A DNA stretch of 11,524 nt from Candidatus Caldarchaeum sp. (lineage in GTDB: Archaea; Thermoproteota; Nitrososphaeria_A; Caldarchaeales; Caldarchaeaceae). Under the pieces are notes generated by a model that worked only from the letters and a program-made list of their open reading frames with translations, had not been told where the DNA came from and ran no database searches. Shown piece by piece: positions 7,160 to 11,524 of this stretch. Positions within the stretch are counted from its first letter, which is position 1; each line of letters starts with the position of its first letter. The DNA is taken from assembly GCA_038844785.1 (NCBI GenBank), contig JAWBRA010000040.1, positions 1 through 11,524 on the forward strand, in the 5' to 3' direction. Position numbers and translations under genes: made by a program.

Positions 7160-7336
7160 ACCTGCTCCCGAAGGGGTTCGTGGGTTCGAATCCCACCCCC
7201 CGCACACACTTCCTGCAAGAACATGCAGACAGGGCGTGTTTGCCTGTTTCGAGATCCAGTCCAGTTCGGCGCTGAAGCGGCTCAACGAAAGGAGAGTTCC
7301 GCTTGTGCCAAAAATTCAAAACACCGATGACACAAA

Positions 7337-7344
7337 TATATAAA
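7337..7344 (+). promoter_or_regulatory. TATA box (TATATAAA) for the wHTH/nucleotidyltransferase locus
   Basis: About 30 nt upstream of TTG 7372, which implies a near-leaderless transcript. Confidence 0.55.
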
Positions 7345-7371
7345 GGAATGACGTATTTTTGATGAACTTAC

Positions 7372-7665
7372 TTGAGGGGCACAGAGATAGAGGCTCTGAA
7401 GATCCTTACTACATCTTCGGCTAATGTAGAGCGGATAGCGTTACAGCTGAACATAAGCAGGAGACAGGCATACAGAGTGGTAAATTCACTGATGAAGAAC
7501 GGCTTTGTAGAAAAAATCAACGATACTTATGCCATTAGAAGAGTACCCCTTGGAAATGCCTTAGTGCAAGTCTCGTTTCATTTCAACATCTCAAAAATCC
7601 TGCAGGGCCGGGCACCCGACATACTAGTGAACTTGCTCACTCCAAAAAATTTGAAGAACTTTTGA
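7372..7665 (+). CDS. Winged-HTH protein; N-terminal part of a frameshifted wHTH-nucleotidyltransferase gene
   Basis: NVERIALQLNISRRQAYRVVNSLMKNGFVEK is a wHTH. The ORF ends just before the recognition helix of a second HTH that continues in the -1 frame. Confidence 0.75.
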   Translation: MRGTEIEALKILTTSSANVERIALQLNISRRQAYRVVNSLMKNGFVEKINDTYAIRRVPLGNALVQVSFHFNISKILQGRAPDILVNLLTPKNLKNF

Positions 7666-7706
7666 GCCTCACCGGACTGTCGCAGACGACAGTAGGAAGA
7701 GTTCTT
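7644..7706 (+). other. Candidate -1 ribosomal frameshift cassette: A-AAA-AAT heptamer plus downstream stem-loop
   Basis: In-frame X-XXY-YYZ at 7644-7650. Outer stem AAGAACTTTT(7654-7663)/AAGAGTTCTT(7697-7706, one G.U) and inner stem ACTGTCG(7676-7682)/CGACAGT(7687-7693). Confidence 0.35.
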
Positions 7707-9011
7707 AAAACGCTCATGGAGTCTGGAATAGTCCGTAGAAAGGGTTGGCATTATCAGATAGTGGAGGACGAAAATCTTCGACGCTTGATTGTTTTGTTGA
7801 AACAAGCAAGGTGGGAGCATGTCGTCGAACCGGAGGCCAGAGTTCTCTTTTCCAACAGCTACATCATTAAAGCCGTTCCACGAGGTCTTAAGGCTGAAGG
7901 CGTGCTGACAGCCTTTTCACGTTTCAAGGAATTCAACGTAGACTACATTCCGAATCGGGATTACTATGTTTACCCCTCCACGGAAATCGATGCAGAGACT
8001 GTTTTGGTTCATTCATTGATTGCCTCGGAAACAAGCATGGAAAGAAGCATGTGTGCTGTCTTTTTCCTCGTCAACAGAAAAACCATTGACATGGTGAAGG
8101 CCCGGAAAATAGCCAGAAAAACACCGGTCACCGTCTTGCTTTCCGACTTGGAAAACTATGTTTCGGGTCTTCCATGTTTGAACCCCGGCTTGTTTTTAGC
8201 ATGGGATGAGTTTCAAGAACTCTGTCGGCTGTATGGGTTGCAGGTGACACCAGCTCCTAAAATGGACGACATAATCGCGGGTATCGTAGGATGGGCGAGG
8301 ATGCTGGACCGCGGCATCACAGCCTACTTGCTCGGCGGCATAAACATGGTCATCCGAGGGTTGAAGCCGGCGACCAAAGATATCGACATTTTGGTCCAAA
8401 GTAAAGTGGATTATGAAACCGTTGAAAAAGCTCTTTTGGCGGCTGGTTATGAGAGGGCGGCGGAGTGGACTCCAGGGGACCGAAGAGCACAGCCCACTAA
8501 CATCTTCGTACACCAATCAAAGCCTAGAATAGACCTCTTCACGGAAACAGTTTCGAGGGTTAAGATCTCAGAATCTATGACAGAGCGGGCCAACCTTGGA
8601 TTAGGTTTGGGAAACCTAAAGGCGATACTTTTGCATACAGACGATGTTGCTCTGCTTAAGCTGTTGACAGCTAGAGAAAGAGACTTATCGGATGTCGCTG
8701 AAATAATACGTTTACATGGTGTCAACTGGAAAACTATCTTGGACGAGTTTATGAAGCTGCCTAAGGAGGTTTTGAGGGAAAAAGTATTTCTGATGTTTGA
8801 GAACATGGAAGACTTGCAGAGAATCTATGGTATTAAAGTGCCGAGGAGCGTGCTTGCAACAGTACGTAAAACCGCAGTTGACTCAGCCATCGAGCAACAA
8901 CTGGAAAAGGGAGAGACGAATATTGCTAGAATCGCCGAGCTTGCGAAAACACATCCAGTTTACGTCAGAAAAAGAATCGCATATCTTAAACGCATGCTGG
9001 AGAAACCATGA
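7662..9011 (+). CDS. wHTH plus central domain plus Pol-beta-superfamily nucleotidyltransferase (AbiEii-like/DUF6036) plus C-terminal HTH-like tail
   Basis: LSLTGLSQTTVGRVLKTLMESGIV is an HTH. YLLGGINMVIRGLKPATKDIDILV carries the GG...T.DxD NTase motif, followed by RIDLF and LLKL...RERDLSD motifs typical of AbiEii/DUF6036 proteins. Confidence 0.75.
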   Translation: MSLTGLSQTTVGRVLKTLMESGIVRRKGWHYQIVEDENLRRLIVLLKQARWEHVVEPEARVLFSNSYIIKAVPRGLKAEGVLTAFSRFKEFNVDYIPNRDYYVYPSTEIDAETVLVHSLIASETSMERSMCAVFFLVNRKTIDMVKARKIARKTPVTVLLSDLENYVSGLPCLNPGLFLAWDEFQELCRLYGLQVTPAPKMDDIIAGIVGWARMLDRGITAYLLGGINMVIRGLKPATKDIDILVQSKVDYETVEKALLAAGYERAAEWTPGDRRAQPTNIFVHQSKPRIDLFTETVSRVKISESMTERANLGLGLGNLKAILLHTDDVALLKLLTARERDLSDVAEIIRLHGVNWKTILDEFMKLPKEVLREKVFLMFENMEDLQRIYGIKVPRSVLATVRKTAVDSAIEQQLEKGETNIARIAELAKTHPVYVRKRIAYLKRMLEKP

Positions 9012-9088
9012 TTCTATCAAAATGTCTCTCGTGTAAAATTGTTGTGTTGTTTATCTGCTGTACACTTTATAAATTGTTATTGAGCGTG

Positions 9089-9619
9089 ATGAACACACTA
9101 AGCTTTTGAGGCGTCGTTTTGGGATGCGGGCTAGTCTTTTGACAGGTGTTGAGTGGCTCGTGTTGAGGCTGTTTTGAGGAAAACCCTGAGAAGATGTCGT
9201 CGCTGTATGAGATGGAGAGGACTGGTGGAGAGCCTGCGCTAGTTGCTTATGATGAGTATTCAGGGCAGTTTGTCTTCATGGATTGTTCGGCTGAAAGCCC
9301 CTCGGGGCGTAGGGGTCTTTGCTACGACGGGGAGGCGATGAGTCTTCGTCTTAGGAAGGGTGTTCGTCGTAGGGGGAATGTTGTCGACATGGCTGCTGCG
9401 ATGAGTGTCGAGGTTCTGACGGTGGGGCAGTATCGCTGGCTTCAGACGCTCGTAGCTCTTGACACACGTACGTCGAGCTGGCTCAAAACACCCGACAAGA
9501 TAAGAAAGCTGGGAGGTGCGGTTTGTGGAGAGCGACGGTATGATACCGTTTTCATCGGCGCTAACAGCGCCCCGTCTTTCTACAGCAGCCGTGGCTTCCG
9601 GGCTTTGCTGAAGGTATAA
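9089..9619 (+). pseudogene. DUF4256 family protein with a frameshifted N-terminus (C-terminal 141 aa open from 9194)
   Basis: SLYEMERTGGEP, DCSAESPSGRR.LCYD, DMAAAM, TSSWLKTP..IRKLGGA and Y.SRGFR motifs. The expected N-terminus (MNTL/KLLRRRF...GVEW/ARVEAVLRK/NPEKM) is spread over three frames at 9089-9193. TATA-like TTTATAAA at 9066-9073. Confidence 0.75.
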
Positions 9620-9639
9620 ACTACGAAGCTAGCGCTGTT

Positions 9640-11275
9640 TGAGTGTTTGGGTATGTGCTTGGCTGCGATGTATGCGTACACGCACACAGGTCCGAGCGTC
9701 GAGCCAGGGCCCGGCTATATTCCGCCGAAGATGGATGCAGCCGTGTTTCCCGCTGCGTAGAGGCCTGGGATGGGGTGTCCGTCCACATGAATTACTCGAG
9801 CGTTTTCATCTGTCAGCAGGCCGCCGCACATCCCCAACTCCCCGAGGTATATGGCTGTGGCGTAGAACGGTGGTTTGTCTAGCAGGCCGAGGTTGGGGTT
9901 GGGCTTAACACCCGGGTCGGAGTAAAACCTGTCGTAAGCGCTTTCACCTCTGCGGAAATCCTCATCCCTGACGCTCCGAGCCATCTCGTTGAAGCGCTCG
10001 ACGGACCTAAGAAGACCTTTTCTCGTCAACTCCGATTTTTCCCGCAAACCCCTCAATCGTTCTCGCCCTGACGAGGTAACGTGGCCCGGTGGCTTTCTCA
10101 GGCGTGCGGCCCGGCATCAGCGTTCCGAACAGGTAGCGTGAGCGGTGCTTGTGGTCTATGATCAGCCACGAGGGGATTGCCTGAACTTTTCGATGATGTC
10201 TGTAGATGTTGTGCCGGAAGTCGACGTAGGACGCCGACTCGTTCATAAACCTCTCCCCGTTAGAGTCGACGACGATGCCGAAGGGTAGGACCTTTCAGCT
10301 AGTATGAAGGATTGTTTTCCGTCAGGAGTGATAGCTATGGGGCCTCCCCACACCTTGTCCATCAAAGCAAGCTTAGCGCCCAGTTTAGCAGCCGCTTGGA
10401 TCGAGTCGCCTGTGTTGCCCACAGCGCCGACAGCCCAGTCCCTGCTTGTGGGGCTTGGCAGAAACTTTCCACGCATCTGCTGGTTATGCTCGAATCCTCC
10501 GCTGGCCAGCAAAACGCCTCGGCTGAGACCTTCACGGGTCTCCCCTCGCGGACCACCACAGCACCGGCCACATACCCTTCCTGCATGGTCAGTTCTTGGA
10601 GCGGAGATTCAATCCAAACTCGACTCCGTGCTTGAGGCAGAGGTAGAGGAGCTGGCCGACGAGGGAGCCGCCCATGGTTAGCGGTTCACATCCGGCGATG
10701 GTATAGCTGATCAGCCTTAGGCCGAGACGTATGAAGGCTGTCATCCCGGTCGTGCTTCTGGCTAGGTACAGCCGCCAAGCCTCATTCGTGTGGATGGGTA
10801 TCGGAGGCGCTCCAGGATACCGGCTGAGCCTACCCCTCCACTCGCCTAGCTTCCCGCCGTCGAACACAGCTCCCTCTATGCACCTGCCTTTGACGGAGCC
10901 GCCGGAAACCTCGGGATAGTAGTCTGGATACCCGACCGAAGCCCTCCACTTGAAGCCCATGTCTTGGAGGAACTTAACCATCTCCGGCCCATGCTTCAAA
11001 AAGGCTCGGATTCTTTCGGGTGCTGTAGCCTCACCCTCCTCGGGAACTACGTTGCTGAGGTAGGTAGAAGCTTCTTCGAAAGAGTCGCTCAAACTCGCTT
11101 TCTTCGAGAAAGGGTTGTCGGATATCCACAGCCCGCCACCCTACATCTTGAACCTCTAACAAGCTCAGTCCTCTACAACCAAAGTCCGGAGACCTGCATG
11201 TCTTGCAGCGAGAGCGCCGACAAGCCCGGCAGCCCCGCTTCCAACAACCAAAACATCTACATTAATTTCAGACAT
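9640..11275 (-). pseudogene. FAD-dependent oxidoreductase of the 3-ketosteroid delta-1-dehydrogenase (KstD)-like family, multiply disrupted
   Basis: ATG 11275 gives MSEINVDVLVVGSGAAGLVGALAA (GxGxxG). Downstream fragments include M*GGGLWISDNP, GYPDYYPE..GG...GR, LASGGFEHN, GNTGD, MNESASYVDF and [11 protein letters not shown]...[27 protein letters not shown]. There are several frameshifts and in-frame TAGs at 11143-11141 and 9717-9715. The 3' end is approximate. Confidence 0.88.
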
Positions 11276-11367
11276 GCTACGCACAGATAGATCCACATGG
11301 GCTAATTTAATCATGTCGTATCTTGGGCGTCGTCGTCATGCTTGCGGACTAAGGCTTATTAATTTAA

Positions 11368-11423
11368 TTGTTAAAAACTATGACATGCTCTTATCTCTCT
11401 TTCTTCTTGGTTTTTTCCTTAAT
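11368..11423 (-). repeat. Right arm of the long-range inverted repeat (matches 2984-3037)
   Basis: 26/26 identity at 11398-11423 and 12/12 at 11368-11379 to the left arm in reverse complement. Confidence 0.9.
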
Positions 11424-11524
11424 GTTCTGTTTCAATAGAGAATCTGTCTCTGTTCTCGTATGTTTTATGGCATACGCTGCAGAATGATTGTCTCCTGTCA
11501 TACTGTGGCTGAACACCTGACGGT
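11378..11524 (-). pseudogene. 3' part of a degenerate paralog of the 2712-3017 Zn-ribbon gene (5' end outside the window)
   Basis: The minus strand reads PSGVQPQYDRRQSFCSVCHKTYENRDRFS/(frameshift)*NRTLRKKPRRKRDKSMS*, versus PSGHQPNYDKGESYCSKCCQTFINRDKCPNCNKVLRKKPRRKKK in the left copy. The second CxxC is destroyed (TGC to TTC, TGC to TGA, and a 1-nt deletion). Confidence 0.85.

Larger units (their letters stand above)
7084..7204 (+). tRNA. tRNA-Leu(UAA) with two introns (7110-7132 at 23/24; 7147-7159 at 37/38); CCA not encoded
   Basis: After removing both introns the 85-nt product folds: acceptor GCGGGGG/CCCCCGC with A73, D stem GCC/GGC, anticodon stem GCAGG/CCTGC with loop CT-TAA-GA, long variable arm CCC-GAA-GGG, and T arm GTGGG-TTCGAAT-CCCAC. 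Confidence 0.95.

Noticed and set aside
7012-7319. ORFs 7012-7275 (+) and 7104-7319 (-)
   Set aside because: They overlap rpl37e and the tRNA-Leu gene and are shadow ORFs of structured RNA.
9715-11143. Pyrrolysine or amber read-through at the two in-frame TAGs of the KstD-like gene
   Set aside because: The gene also has several frameshifts and substitutions at conserved residues, so ordinary decay explains the TAGs.
9639-11290. Plus-strand ORFs over the flavoprotein pseudogene
   Set aside because: Antisense shadows. The minus strand carries the conserved KstD-like motifs.

Overview
Archaeal DNA of TACK type. Gene content and a multi-intron tRNA suggest Aigarchaeota/Caldarchaeales, which is an inference. 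An intact housekeeping core (3129-7204) holds a long-type FKBP/SlyD PPIase (-) divergent from a tightly packed + strand run: proteasome beta subunit, aCPSF1/FttA, Sm-like protein, ribosomal protein L37e (missed by the ORF track) and a tRNA-Leu(UAA) with two BHB introns (23/24 and 37/38). Both flanks are accessory and mostly decayed. The left flank (1-3037) has twin divergent promoters, a TFB-like remnant, two broken surface-protein genes and an intact Zn-ribbon gene. The right flank has a wHTH/nucleotidyltransferase (AbiE-like/DUF6036) gene split at an A-AAA-AAT heptamer followed by a hairpin (candidate programmed -1 frameshift), a frameshifted DUF4256 gene and a KstD-like flavoprotein pseudogene. 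The far right end carries an inverted degenerate copy of the left Zn-ribbon gene, sharing a perfect 26-bp block and a 12-bp downstream motif. All family assignments are by motif recognition; no searches were run.
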